Positions 25,806 through 39,745 of a DNA stretch of 64,000 nucleotides are shown piece after piece. Each line of letters starts with the position of its first letter. Position 1 is the stretch's first letter. Source of the DNA: Nymphaea colorata (lineage: Eukaryota); assembly GCF_008831285.2 (NCBI RefSeq), contig NC_045138.2, forward strand, positions 41,292,001-41,356,000. Direction: 5' to 3'. Below the pieces are notes generated by a model. It searched no databases. It saw only the letters and a program-made list of their open reading frames with translations, and was not told the DNA's origin. The translations under genes were made by a program, and so were the position numbers.

Positions 25806-25878
25806 GCCCGTCTAGCTCAGTCGGTAGAGCGCAAGGCTCTTAACCTTGTGGTCGTGGGTTCGAGCCCCACGGTGGGCG
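25806..25878 (+). tRNA. tRNA-Lys (anticodon CTT), cytosolic type
   Basis: GCCCGTCTAGCTCAGTCGGTAGAGCGCAAGGCTCTTAACCTTGTGGTCGTGGGTTCGAGCCCCACGGTGGGCG, 73 nt, full cloverleaf, anticodon 25839-25841, intact A and B boxes. Upstream TATA-like TTATTAAT and CAA triplet. Confidence 0.98.
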
Positions 25879-25885
25879 CCTTTCA

Positions 25886-25895
25886 TTTTTTTTTG
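25886..25895 (+). terminator. RNA polymerase III oligo-T terminator of tRNA-Lys
   Basis: Run of T immediately downstream of the tRNA. Confidence 0.8.
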
Positions 25896-26519
25896 AGCCC
25901 TGTGCTCTTTCTTTAGTTCGCTGAATGCGTTTTAAAAAAAACTTGCATAAAGTTTTGAGAGAATAAGTTTTACCTATCGTCTATTTTAATCTCAAAGGAA
26001 GTTATTAGCCTAAAAAGATGAAAGGTGAACTATTTTGCTCCACCTTGTGTTTTTATAATTCGTGTCTTACTTTCCCTGATTTTCTTATTCTGGTCCTTGC
26101 AACGGCATCAACCCTTCATTTACGATGTAAAAACGCTTTATTACTTCGTTGTAACTTTTTTAGGCAGAAGGGTTTCGTTTTATCACCCACTTCACAACTC
26201 TGAGAGGGAAGAAACTCTAGAGATTTGTTTTTCTGATAAAAGTGGAAAACTAACTCCACTTTTACCAAATAGTGGAACCATAGATGCGCAGTTGACTGCA
26301 TCTTGTATGTACTTGTTTCTTTTTTTATTTAATTTTGAAGTGATTGAAGGTTGCTAGTAGAATTTAGAAGCGTGAACTTTTGTTGGAAGTTTTTGTTTCT
26401 TTTTTTTTGTTGGAAGTTTTTGTTTCACCCTTCACTTACCCATTTCTTTGATTTCATGAAACTTTTGCTTTAGACATTCAAGAGTTAACCGACAAAAAAT
26501 TTCTCTCAACATCAAAGTT

Positions 26520-26640
26520 CTACTTGTTTAGGTGGAACTTTAATGCTAGTACTAAAGTTCCATAATGGCTCCAAAACTTTTGATCAAATTTGAACTAAAG
26601 TTCCATCTCATTAAAGTTTCATGTTTATTCAAACGGGCCC
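26520..26640. mobile_element. Tourist/PIF-Harbinger-like MITE right end
   Basis: Ends CAAACGGGCCC followed by TCA, with internal GAACTTT/AAAGTTC sub-repeats. Left end uncertain. Confidence 0.4.
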
Positions 26641-28031
26641 TCAAATGTGTTGAATGAGTCAACAATCTCTTGGCTCCGCTTACATCCCTTTGACCGGAGA
26701 CATGCGCTGCCAAAATTGGCCAACCCTCTCGGACCAAGTTGGTCAAAGTTTGTTTGGTGCGCTCAAATGGGGACTATCATATGAGCAAACGGCTCTGGTG
26801 GTAGACCAAAATGAGATCTCTCTTCATTAGAAAAAAACAGTATATTTTGCTTCCTTAATCCCAGGAAATACTGCCTTAAGAGCTCTATTCTTTTTTAATA
26901 AATGTGCTCAACTTCTATCGGAATAATAAAACGATCTTATCCTCCAATATATTTTGTTTAAATGCTTACTCTATATGCAATTACAACAGATCCAAAGTTC
27001 AGCTGGTTTTTGTTGAACCACCACATGATAGCATCCAATCTCTAACGTGCTTGCTTGATCCAGATCCAATTCCATTTGCATCCCCAAAGTATACTTGGAA
27101 CAGAGGTATGACGTTAGAGTTTTACACTCTAGATTAATGACAAAGTCTGGTTGCAGGTAAATAATTGCCCTCTACCCGAGGGTGATGTTATCATCGCATT
27201 ACTGCAAAAGAAGAAACTGGAGCAATCTGTCGAAGACAAATCACCACTTTAAGGAGAACTTGCATGATAAGCGTCAGTTGGTGTCACCTCATCTCCCCAT
27301 TCATGATGCAGGAAAGATACAGAGAACCAAGAGCAGATGGTCGAAGGTAGAAAATCTCTTTGAAAAAAGTGATCTAGGAAGGTAGAAGATCTCTTATAAA
27401 AAGTTGATTTATCACAGATCAAATGATCTTGGTCGCCGTGCACCAGCATCAATCATCTCCATGAATTTGCCAAATGTCAAATGGATCTTTTCTCATTTGA
27501 GCATATAAAATTGGATTGAAATTTAGCACTGGACTGACGAAGGGTACTGAATTCCGGCCGTGGTGACAGTAGGAAAATGATTGAGACATCATACATAGAC
27601 AGATACAAGAATGCGTCCAGACAATCATGCAGGCCCAACAGCAACAATGCTCATATGCGTGCATCCATGCATGTACGCATGCACAAGCATAGGAAACATG
27701 ACATTGGCAAACATGTGCACAGGCATTCCTACCTATAAGCGTGGGCGCCACCTCTGGCTAATACCAAACCATGTGCTACCAAAATAAACAAGTTGACAAG
27801 AACACCAAGTACAGGAAGGAGAAAACATGGCAATAATACTTAAACAAAGAACACATAGATATACCAAGATCTGATCCATAAACTGCAGATATCTTCATTG
27901 ATGAAAAACGTGCAACCTACAGTCAATACAGACACATGGTCATCTGATAAAGCAAAGAGTCTTTGCTTTCCATGTTCCTTAAAATTAACAAAGACGACCA
28001 CATCATGAGATATCAGGAAATCAACAGTCCT

Positions 28032-30155
28032 TCACTGTTCTTTCCATATCCTGCCTGTTACTCTGAGCTTCAGTTCCTTTCTGTCACCACCTGAGAAGAA
28101 AAGGGCCATGTTTCTCTGTATGATCAAGCCATCATAACTGTCTCTAACTTTCCTATGGCTGTCCCTGATGCTTCTGGGAACCCCTTGCCAAACAATCTTC
28201 CTCCCATTAGCTCCAACCTCCAAACTGTAACTGTAATTCTTGGCCTCATTATCGTCCCCCATGAAACGGAGAAAGGCGATATAGACAGGTGCCATCCCTA
28301 GCTGAAAAGCCTCAAAGTGCAGGCAAAAGTACTGTCCAAAGCAACTGAACACCTGGTTTTCCAAAGACCAAAAAGCAAACAAAAAATGAGGAACTCATTA
28401 TGAGAGGCCCAGTTTATCACAAGCATAGATTCAAGCAATGCATAGACATAAAACATATAATGCACGGGGGATTTTTAGCTTAACCTTGTAAAGTCACGAG
28501 AGTTATGTGACAAATTAAAGGCTTTCCAGGTGATGACATTTTCTCAATCTCAGTAAGGTCATAGATGGGAGCTTTATGGGCATTAAAAAAAAAGTGCACA
28601 ATATTTAATGATCCAGGGTACATTGCACATACACGGACCTCCAGAAATGTGATCATTCACATAATCAAGACAGAAAAGTGAAAAGGATAAGTTTCCTCAA
28701 CACCTCATGAATAACATACCGTAAGCATCCAGGTAGCGTTCTCAACCTCATGTGGATTGGACTTCACATATCGATGGTTGAAAGTGCTCCCGTTATGCAT
28801 ATCAACTTTGTGGTCATCTTTGAGATGTGCTACCAGTGACGGGATATCACCAACAACAGTGCACTCAGAACCAGCATATGGGCAGTTATAAGGTCTAAAC
28901 GAACATTGTGACTCGTGTTTTAGCTTGCTGTAATAAGGATATATGCCCATGCATCCAAAACTCTGATACTTGCAGGGCAACTCAAGAGAAGCAGCCACCT
29001 TCTCTAATGCTAGGCACCTTATGTTCCCAAGTTCATGTCTGCATGTTGGACATCTGTTGTGGACCCTGGGTTTGCATCCAGAACACAACGTGTGCCCATT
29101 TGAACACTGCAAACAGAAAATCCAACTTTTCAAGGTCTGACAAACATAAGTACAAAACCATAAGAAAAAACCTTCTTACTGTTCACCAATCCAAAGCATC
29201 ACATATTCAAATATATCGGACGATTATCCTTTAAGCAATCTCAAAAGTAGGCATAATTTTTAGTGATGATCAGATGGCATTTCATAACTAACTTGCATGT
29301 TTATCTGTGCTAATCATGCAAAAATCCAGTCATGTACTCATCCCAGATATAAAAGCAAAGGGAAACACAAACACTCTCACCATAGCATTCTGCACGTCTG
29401 GCAACTCACTTTGGATAAAATCTAAAAGTTCATTACCCCAATACGTAGAAGGACATAAGACCTCGAACCTAGTACATCAATTATATTCTACTTATAACCT
29501 CAAAATGTCTTGACCCAAACATAAAGAAACCCTGACCACTCCCGAATGAAAATTACCCTGAAGAAACCATCTTCTTAAAATTCCAGGAGTGCTCAAAATT
29601 TAGGAAACTGCCAACATGCACTAAAAAAACTCGAAGTTGGGTACTTCCTATGCCAACATACAGTAAATCAAAACATTTTGCATTGTTTTCTGAGACAATT
29701 TTATTCAGGAACAATGGCTTCTCGAATGAACAATATCCTTCCAACGCATGATGGCAATCATGACAGGTAATACAGGCACCTTACAGAAAGAATACAGAGG
29801 CAGAAGGGCAATTATATTGCATACCATACAGCCTGTTATATTTTCCAATTATATTGCACAACATATAAAATGACCAAATTTATGCAGAGAGCTTCATTTG
29901 GTATGATATATAAAAGGAAATCATTTTATTGTGCCAAACCTGGTGTATGGGAGGATACATGGCATTCAAGCAGACAGGGCACTCTAATAATTCACGCACA
30001 CTACTCGCAACGGTGAGGTTCTGCTTTGGTGCAGCTTGTGTAATAGAGTCGTTCACAAGTTCATTGACCTCAAGCATGTCATCGTTCTGAGGAAGATCAA
30101 TGACCTCTGGAACATTCTCCCGTACATCATCCAGATAAAGACTTACAGAACCCAT
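28032..30155 (-). CDS. SINAT: SINA-family RING E3 ubiquitin ligase (SINAT2/DIS1-like), 307 aa
   Basis: Exons 30155-29940, 29106-28720, 28352-28032 (all phase 0). RING: [32 protein letters not shown]. SIAH zinc finger, then TRAF-like domain ending NMALFFSGGDRKELKLRVTGRIWKEQ. Probable non-coding first exon upstream (donor GAG|GTACGT at 31495, acceptor near 30183). Confidence 0.96.
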
Positions 30156-33100
30156 TTTGCACTAACGATGTCAACCCTGTTATCTGGACCAGGAAGATTG
30201 GAATTTTTAGAAAAATGGTAGGAGATATAATGCTTTAACAGATTTCCCAAAAATGCATCTTCACGAGCAGATAACCATATCAGCTACATAAGAGGAGAAG
30301 AGGAACACCAAACAGAGCATGAACCACATTCCTGGTGATCCTACGGCGTCTTTGCTACAATAAAGAAAACAAAAGAAGAGAGAATTTTGTGATGTAGTCA
30401 TAAACCAAGAAAATGAACGGAAATTTTTATAAAAACACTTTTGCGATACTTCTACATTAGCCAGTGAGCAATCAGGTTCTTAACTCTACAAAGAAAGGGT
30501 ACCAGCGTGATCCGTTCTTACGTGTGCTGAAACCCTGGTGATTGTGTTGCTGATGAAGGAAAAAAGCAAATTGATTGGGATCATGGTTCTCTGCAAAATG
30601 GTTTCACTATACAGGAATTAATCTGAGTAAGGGTAGGCGTGTTTCCCGTTCATCTATGCCCAAAATAACAGCGGACGGCGCTCAAGTTCAGTATATCTTA
30701 ATTGTTAAATACGTCACACCAAATCTGGCGCTGCATTCATTCGTCACCACGGGACCCTCTTGCTTCAGACAAAATTTCTTTTATACGCATCCGTTGTAGA
30801 CTTCAACCAAGAGCTTGTACTTTTACCAATGAATAAACTGTCAGAATGCTAATGATTTTGCAATTGGTTTGGACTAAATTTCCACACAATGGCAGAAGCC
30901 TGAATCAAAATCAAACAAACTTAAACTTTCTTTTGAAATAAAAACAAGTGAATATCCTCCTGAGTTTTAAAAATGGTGGAACACATCCGTGATAGAAGGA
31001 TCAGAATGTGTCACGAGCAACAACGGAATCACATCCATGAAAAAAAAATAGTCAACTCAGATGACCAACTGGTTGAAAGAGTTCCATATTCCCCTATGAA
31101 GGGTTGCATTTCCCGTTAACTGTTTTCCGTCCATGGAAACCTCACTGCCTAAGAAAGCATCCAAGGCAAGAAGAAAGAGACTCTTATAATTTAAAAGCAA
31201 CATGGCAGTCACAAAAAAACCAACGATCAGAAGGAAGAGAACAAAACTTATAACTTCTCCACCAAAGGAAGAAAACAAGAAAGAAGAAAATTTCTGCCAT
31301 GAAACAAAAAAGAGCACAGCATCAAATTGGAAAGAAACAATCTCCATAAACCCAACGCGGTCTTCACAGTTAGCACCAGAAGCACCAAAATAAGAGGAGA
31401 AAAGAAAATCCACCAGGGTCGTCGAAGGAAAACCCAGAATGACCCGGGAAAGATGATAAATTAAACGAACCGGAGAAGCCTAGACACCACGTACCTCGAT
31501 TTACTCTACAGGACCATTACAAGAAACCGATAGTCTAATTATCCATGATCGGGACCATCGCCACCCAGAGAAAGAGGCAACCTAAACTGCAGAGAAGAAG
31601 ACAGAAAACAAAAGAAAGGAAGAAATTTTCTCAAGGGGAAGGAATCCCAATAAATACGAAGGGGGCGGCTTTCGCTTGGATTTTCAGAATTCGAAATAAA
31701 GCCGTGCGGAGAGAAGATGAGGCGGGGCGCACGAAGGAGAAGTGCGCCTCGAGAGACCAGAAAAGCAGGATCTTTCCGAATTTTGATCCCTCTCTCTCGC
31801 TTGAGTTTTTGAATGGCACTGAGGTCTAGAGAGAGAAAGTAGACAAAGATGGTAGAGAGCAAGATAGCAAGAGAGAGAGAGAGAGTTGGGCAAAAAGACC
31901 GAGATGGGTACACAGAGAAACAAGCGACAGAGGGCTTGACAAAGAGAGAGAGAGAGGAAAGAGGTGGGTAGAGATGGAAGGAAGAGGGGAACTCGGGAAA
32001 AAGAAAACCAGGGAAAGTGTAGAAAAAGATGGCCAAAGGGAGAAGCATGTTCATTAATACTCTGGTCAGATCTCACTCTTTGCCGCGTTCAGTTTTACTG
32101 AGCATGATATTATTTAATTCTTCTTTTTCTTGCTAAGAATTTTTTGGGAATTTAGTCATCAAAGACTGTACTTTTTGCTCAGAACCGATGTGATCATTTT
32201 CAACTTTTGAATTTGGCACAACCTTTTTTGGACTGTGCATGAGGATGAATGATCCAGTAGTGAGCCTGGTGACCCACATTAATGTCCTAGATCAGATTTC
32301 ACACTTGTCTTTCCTTTTCCGTTTGTCTCTTTTTCCATGTTATCGTTTTTGCTCCTTTAACTTTTACTGTGAGGAATTTACCTTCTGGGTCATCCTGTCC
32401 GTGTGATTTGTGATCTTTTTTGTTGCTGTCTGCCTGCATTTCAAAGTTTTGAAATGGGCAAACCTTTCCCAGAAGTCAGATGCACCTTAACTATATCATT
32501 TTGTAAGTTTCAAATGATGACTAATTTATTTTATTTTGCTGTTGCCTTTTGGGGGAAAGAAAAAAAAATTAATGAATGGGAGTCGCTTTTTCAGCAACGA
32601 CAATGACAAACTTGGACCTATTATGGAACAGTATGCATTTGAACATGAGAGCCAAAGATTTCAAATCTCTAAATCTGAAACATAGCCACTTTTGTGGGTG
32701 GTAAATATGTATAAAATTCCATGTTTCCTACAGTAAAGGACCTTAAATCATTCTTTAAACACATACTAAAGACAGGGAGCTGATATGGTAAGACCTAAGC
32801 AACCCCATTTATTCACAAACAAACTCTCCTTAGGACATCATCCTTGATATATCATTCTTGAGATCTAGTGCAAGATCTCTAAGATCTCGAATAACTGGCA
32901 GCCGAAGAAGGCGCCTCCCTAGCATAAACACGTTACATGGCGTCTATGACCCTAATTCTGAACAGCAAGAGGCCTGCAGGAGGTCGTTTGATGTAAGGAA
33001 CAGATCATCGCGTTCAAAAGGTAATGAGGACGCAGCCTCATATGGGTGGAGACTGGAGATACCAATAAAGCATTATTATAATGTTGTAACTATTCTAACA

Positions 33101-34094
33101 TAAAAATGATCTTAGAAGTAGTTGCTAAAGGGCGACATGTTAACAGACACGCCTTGGCGGAAACACAGTGTCCCTTGGGATGCTGAAACGACATCCAAAC
33201 TGACGACATTGCATTCCCAGTAAATCTACTTTGATAATAGTTTTTTTAGGAAGAAATTTTATCAAGTTTTGGGTTTAAGGCTACTTTGAGTAGTTTATGG
33301 TTCAACTTCTACGTATAGAAGATTATTGCTACTGAAGTTTAAAATGAAAACAAACTGAAAATTGAAGCCCATTTAAGCAACAACCACCTGCCGCCTACAG
33401 CCACTGTCAAATGTCAGCCGCAGCAGCAACCACCTGCCAAGCCACTAACTCAAAGCTGCCCCAGGCTACGCATGAGGAAAACTTTTGATGGCTACATTGA
33501 AATTTGAGCTGTGTTTAAACCCGGACCGGGAAAATTTCTTACCAGGTTCAGGCTACCGACAGAGTCGGGACTAACAAGCCAAGAGGTGGATTTTATTTCA
33601 TAAGTTAACAAATCAATAATACATATTCTATAAACCCATTTATGACAAGATGGTGATTTCCTAATTTGATAGGTATATACGTCGACATGGACACACACAC
33701 AACCCCAGGATAATTTGTATCTTTTCTCCTGACTAAATATTAACTTTGACTTCTGCACAGTGAAGCAGCCATGCACGCAAGAAAGAAACAGCCTTTTGTA
33801 GCGTGTTCCCCTCGTTAACATACTAAGAAAAAAGAAAACGATCGTGAGTTATCTCGGTAGGTGTTGGCAAACTTGCAGCAAAGTCGAGCAAACTCGAGAG
33901 ATCAATCGTCTGCGCCACTCCACTAACTTGCAGTTACATTGCAAACGTACAATCTCACAAGAGAGAGGATAGTGAGTTGGTAACAATCAAATGGATCAAG
34001 GACGGGTTCGAGTGCCCATAGAGCAATGTACATAGCGTGCCAAACACTTTACAGTTTACACCTATCAACATGGGCAACTACCTCTAAATAAATA

Positions 34095-37000
34095 TTACAT
34101 TAATTTCCCAGTTAATTCTTTCCGGCTCTCCACAGGCACAGGCAACCTCTGAGATACATTAAACCAGAAGAACAGAGCCGTTCGAGCATACATGACTCGC
34201 ACCTGTTGCAGTGCCAGAGTTCCGCTGGTTAAAACAGCTTTGGCACCCCCTTCAATACGTGTACGCGAAACAGAGACACTGCTCCCTCCCTCTGTAGGCT
34301 TCACTGATGCTAATAAATCTGATGCTAAAGGCATCGCATTTGCAGTGCTCACTATTGCACATGACAGATGATCCAGGGGATGTTCCTCGCACTGGAGCAC
34401 GCAGCCCTCAATGGTCAGCTTACCACTCCGATGAAGTAAGCAGCAACCAAGCTCTGCTTTCACAGTCAAGTTTGATATCTTGCATGTTGATAGAAATTCA
34501 AGTGCGCTGCATCAACATAGAACGGACATCGAGAAATTTATATTGACCAGAAAGGAAATAGCTCACGTATAACTCTTTGACCCATCAAGGAGCCAAGCGA
34601 ACCTGTCGAAGCCTCGAGAGCAGATAAGCACAGTATCATCAGGATCGTCACCGCTACCTATCTGGACGAAGGCAACACAAGGCATTATGAGCTTAACAAA
34701 AGACATGACATACTGCAAAGTCATTTCTTGTTTCGAAGATGAAATGACAAGTTCAATCAGGCAATCTCGGTCGCTAATCAAGCGATCACCTAATCTAAAA
34801 GAACTTTAGCTTATCCTCCACACTAGGCACTTTAAAAAATGTTCTGCTATTTCGATTCAAAGGTCATAGTGATAAAACTTTCCCTCTACCACTCAGACAC
34901 CCAATCGATTACCAGCAGAGACCAGGGGAATACATCATCTAGTCAGACTCCAGCTACTGTGTCAACATGGACTGCACTCCAACAGTCACAAAAAGGGCAA
35001 ATCCTTACCCAATTTATGTTTGAATTTGGTTCTCCATGTTGATGTCGTGTCCTAACCCACCTTCAGTCTCCATACTCCACCTCCAGCACCCTCTCTCTCT
35101 CTCTCTCTCTCTTTCCCTCCCTCTCTCTGGGTTAAGGGCCGACTTGGGTGCAGACCAATCTAGTGTATTGGATCAGTTCTGCATCATATCAAGTAACCAA
35201 AAACTGGACAGACAAGTTAAGTGCTTGTGCTAATCCTTTTTATTTTTGATGAGTCTGGAATCTTCAAATGCAATATCGGACCTAACACATAAAGGTATCG
35301 GCCTCCTCTGCAGGGCAAAATGGCAGGCTTGATGGACACGCATGTCCAGGGGTCATTAAGGGCTTGATTTCCCAGCCTGATGAGGCCAATGACATATTAA
35401 CAAATATCATATGTAAACCAAGATTGTATATGCAAAGCACCAAACTCATGAATGCTACAAGCCAGCAGTAATTGGAACCAAGATGCTAGTCCAATTGATA
35501 ACATTTTTTTCCAAGGTTCAGTCAAATGTTTCTAGAACATATAAGCACTGACACAAACATTCACCAGTAATCGTAAAAAATTTACAGAACAAATGGTTGG
35601 CCATTGATAATAAACTGTGTCCAAAGCAGGAGGTGCTTACCAGGCAAAGCGGCTTTTTTATTTGGACATTACATGCCAAATGACTTCCACTAGATGATAT
35701 TAGAATGGTATCACCAGGCCTGATCCGAGAAAGACAAAAAAAGGAACTTACTTAGGTTGTAAATGTTCTTCGTGTGACTTATAATTATTACCAAGCAGAT
35801 TGGACGCAAATTAAACCAACCTTGCTGCAGTTATAGCACTCTCTAAATTGGAAAAAACACCTGTTTCAGGTTTAGCTGTTACAGATCTATCCACACGAAG
35901 CCATAAACGAGGATGGCACACCAAAAACCTCCATCTGTGGCAAACCAGTGCAGTATTAAACCTATCTGCAAACACAGTATCAGAGCAATAAAACCATGTG
36001 CTAAGCACAGCTTGTACAACAACTGAAAGGGAATAAAAAGATAAAAGAGGACCTGATTTAAGAACCAGCAGGCACAAGAAACCAATTTGAAGTTTTGCTA
36101 CACAAAGAAGTAAAATCACAAGAAAATGTGTGCAATACTGCCACCAGATAACCCAATAAACAGGCCCTAATATGCATGTGTGTCAGTGTGTGTGAGACAG
36201 AGATATGGACATAACTAAGTTATGGCAAACGAAGAAAAAAACCACAATAATGAATGTAAGGTAAAGAGGCACATTAACAAACAGCATGAAAAAAGCATGG
36301 ATGCCATTATGGACTCGAATTTCTACAACCAGAGTTCAATCACATACTTGAACAGATTAACTGTTATTCAACGATAGTTCAATCATATATTTGAATAGAT
36401 TAACTACTTGTATGAAAGACCATATTAGTCACCATTTTAGATCATAGAATCAGTTCTACGAACCCCCTCCTCCTCACAATTCTTAGATCCTTATCTTATA
36501 ATCTCAATGATATCAAAGCAACAAGATGTCTGTGCATATCGATGGCCAAATCCGAATCGTAAAATCAACCGCAACTTCGAAGTTCGAACTATTGTTATGG
36601 CTGATTTGAGATGTCAGGAAGCACCCACTTGACCACAGAAGACGCTCCATGTCGCAATGTCCCAGATAACCCGATGATTTCTAGTTTTTCGTGAAAAAGA
36701 TACTCAATTTAAAATGTATTTCATCGTAATCAGCCCGCACTCCTGTTGTGATAATCCAACAACCCAGATAATCTCACGATTCCAGATTAATGAATAAGAT
36801 TTACGAACTCTTCGTAGTAGACGCATATACGTAAACTATGCAACCCAAATTGAATACCTCTTGTCCATGATATTTAGATACATTAAAATGTCGCCATATC
36901 ATCCAAACTCAGACACCATCTTGCATTTCCCCATAAGTAGATGAGTGGAAAATTCTAAAATCAACCAAGAGGAAACATTTAAGCTAAAATACATACAGGA

Positions 37001-37377
37001 CTCCACAATACAGGCAACATAAATCGTGATTCAGAAAATTAGAGGTTCATGGCGCCAAAACTGTGCTATCCCCAAGGTCGATCGTGCTTATTGACTATTA
37101 AAAGCCCACGGTCCACTTGAGAACCTACTTAGTGAAATCGACGAGTGGAATCACAGTCGCCACAAATTCTTAACCCCACATAAGAGGCGACTCGATCATC
37201 ATTCCGATCATGGAATACCAGAACCCTAGAAAATGGGAAAGCAGAAAAAAGCAAGAGAGTCGAGAGCAACAAAGTACCAGGGAGCGGAGGTAAGAAACTG
37301 AAGATGTGCATAAGGCAACCATCGTCCAACGAGTTGATCGTCGGCCGGCGGCTCAGCTTCCTCTTCCCCCCTTCCAT
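34095..37377 (-). CDS. SKIP5: F-box protein SKIP5-like (SKP1-interacting partner 5), 264 aa
   Basis: Exons 37377-37278, 35965-35821, 35719-35641, 34661-34603, 34506-34095 (795 nt, in frame). F-box INSLDDGCLMHIFSFL..DRFNTALVCHRW, then ARPGDTILI, SALEFLSTCK, AELGCCLLHRSG, RIEGGAKAV. Confidence 0.93.
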
Positions 37378-37674
37378 CCTGCGACCGATTTGGGGGGCGA
37401 CGGCGACGACGACGACGACGAGGCGGCAAATGCCAGATCGCGCGTCGAGAATGTGTAGCAAGTCACCTCTTGATAGCCGTCCATCTGGGATCCGCGGGAG
37501 AGTCGGTGCGTCCGTCGAGAAAGCCTCCTTGGCTGCGGGTCGGGCCTATGTGCATCAAACATAGTGAATCTTCTGAATACGGACTAACCGAACTCAATTC
37601 AACCCAAAAACGTTGATTCTAATGGCCTTGCTTTTGAGCCTGCCGTAATTGTCATCGTGTAAGAAATACATAAG

Positions 37675-37741
37675 TTGCAATCTTTAGTGGTTTTTACTTT
37701 TTATTGAAAAAATAAAAAGTAAAAACCACTAAAGATTGCAA
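37675..37741. repeat. Perfect 31-bp inverted repeat with 5-nt loop
   Basis: TTGCAATCTTTAGTGGTTTTTACTTTTTATT-GAAAA-AATAAAAAGTAAAAACCACTAAAGATTGCAA. Confidence 0.95.
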
Positions 37742-38147
37742 TTTTTTTACCATGTATTTCATTGTATATTTTTTGCTTTTTGATAACACTGTTAATGTCA
37801 ATGTCAACGCTGAGAAACATATTTACGCTTATTTATAAACTCAAAAGTTCACCTGATTCTTGATCTCTCTTGTAAAATTTAATGTGACGATCAAATTTAG
37901 TAGTTTTGCTTGTTTTAAACACATCGACTGTCTCACATTTCTTATGTACATAAACACATTAATAATGTACAAGCATAAGAATTAGCATCATAACAACTAG
38001 AGCTAAAAAAAAGTATACCAATCAACATATTCAATTAATGTCAAGCGTGGTATATATGTAGTTTTTTTGACAAAAAACATTGTAGGTGGTAGTTCAATTT
38101 AACAATCACAAGTTAGTAATTAACCATGACAAACAAGTTTTCCATAT

Positions 38148-38570
38148 GCCCATCCAGGTCCGGTCCCAACTCCTCCTAGCAGTTTCGGCTCAAACCTAAA
38201 AAAAGCTAAGAACCAAGACAATCATTTCATTAATGACCTCCTTTATAAGTTATTGAAGATCCCTCAAAATCTTTAATACGAGACTAAATATTTTAGATGT
38301 TACAATCCACCCCCCTTAAGGTACACGCATCCGCACGTGTCGAACCCTAGGTTCGAGTGTTGAGCCGGCTCTGATACTATTGTAACAATCTGACCCACTA
38401 TTGAGCTCGGGCCCCTAGTTCGGCGGATCCCAACCCGCTCTTTAGTAGTTTTTGCTCAAACCTTGAAAAGATTATGAATCATAACAATCGTCTCATTAAT
38501 GACTCTCTTTATAAGTCATTGAAGATCTCTCATCATTTTCAATATGAGACTAAATATTTGGGGCATTACA
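38148..38570 (-). mobile_element. TRIM (terminal-repeat retrotransposon in miniature)
   Basis: On minus: 190-bp LTR 38570-38381 (TG..CA), tRNA-iMet-type PBS TAGTATCAGAGC at 38379-38368, ~76-bp internal region, PPT AAGGGGGGTGGAT, then a second, truncated LTR from 38304 to about 38148. Confidence 0.88.
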
Positions 38571-39668
38571 CTAGAGGTAGGGAATTTTGTTTGGTTGGAG
38601 GGTGGAGGAGGGTGTGCGTTTGGGGGTTGAAGTGTTGGGGAGTGACTTTGGGTCTTCTTCAGGTGGTAGGATGAATGCCTCCTACTCACCAAAAGATTGA
38701 GATATAATATTTGACAAAGTAATACTTCACATATTGTGCAGGCATGTGTTGCTATTCCAAATAAATCAATTAACGGAATATTTATGTGTTACTTTTGTAA
38801 CATGCATCGGTTAACTAATGTCATAATTAAACCAAATGTAGGGTTAACTATCATTGATCTACTCGATTAGTTAGAGGCAATTATTTTAAAATTAAAACTA
38901 TTTAGTATGGGATTCACAGTGATTTGAGATCCCTAGGATAATGGATCCATGAATTTAAGATCATAACTCTCCTCACAACACATCAAATCTATAGTTTTTA
39001 ACATGTAGCATGAGTTTCAAATCTATGCTAAAAACACACTTTTTATGAAGTTTCAGATATGAAAATGAATGCCCAAGTGAGAAACCTTTTTTTTTTTTAT
39101 AGTAAACTTCAAAACACATTGAATTCATAGAGACAACATTACTCACTTGTCATGTCTTACTGAAAATTTACTCAAAATATAAATTATGTTTTGAGGGGCA
39201 TAGAATAGCTGGTCGAGAAATACTTTATTAAATTGAGATCTATGTGTCCATACCAGCTCTGTAAATTTAACACTTCTAAATTACCTAAAAAGACAAAAAA
39301 CGAACATAAAATGGCTACATCAAGGTGATTTTTCATCACTTTACATGTGATATCATCTGTTGGCTAAAAAAAAGATGTTAAGCGATATCAATGCTTACTG
39401 TAGCATGATTATTTCGAAGCAACAAATTTGTATCAGCATTCAGAGACCATGTTTATTAAAAAGAACGCAATCGAACTCTACGGGAAAGTTTCTCCTGCAG
39501 AGCTCCCAAATTATAATCGACACTCATGTTGGATTTAGTCTCCCTTCTTTCACTAGTTACTATTCATAATGTCATTTATCTTCCATTTCCCTTTTTACTC
39601 TTCAGTCTCTCATTGTGCTTTCTTTCTTTCTTTTTTTACGTCCCATATTTACGGCGATGGTAACTTTA

Positions 39669-39745
39669 CTCTCTCTCTCTCTCTCTCTAGCTCTCTCTCT
39701 CTCTCACACACACACATATATTATATATATATATATATATATATA
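39669..39745. repeat. Compound microsatellite (CT)n(CA)n(TA)n
   Basis: Directly visible. Confidence 0.85.

Noticed and set aside
27345..27410. Short ~35-bp tandem repeat (GAAGGTAGAA..TCTCTT) downstream of SINAT
   Set aside because: Two degenerate units with no further structure; ordinary local duplication.
31539..32076. 171-aa and 130-aa minus-strand ORFs upstream of SINAT
   Set aside because: Leu/Ser/Phe-rich translation of a CT-rich leader/promoter, with no domain.
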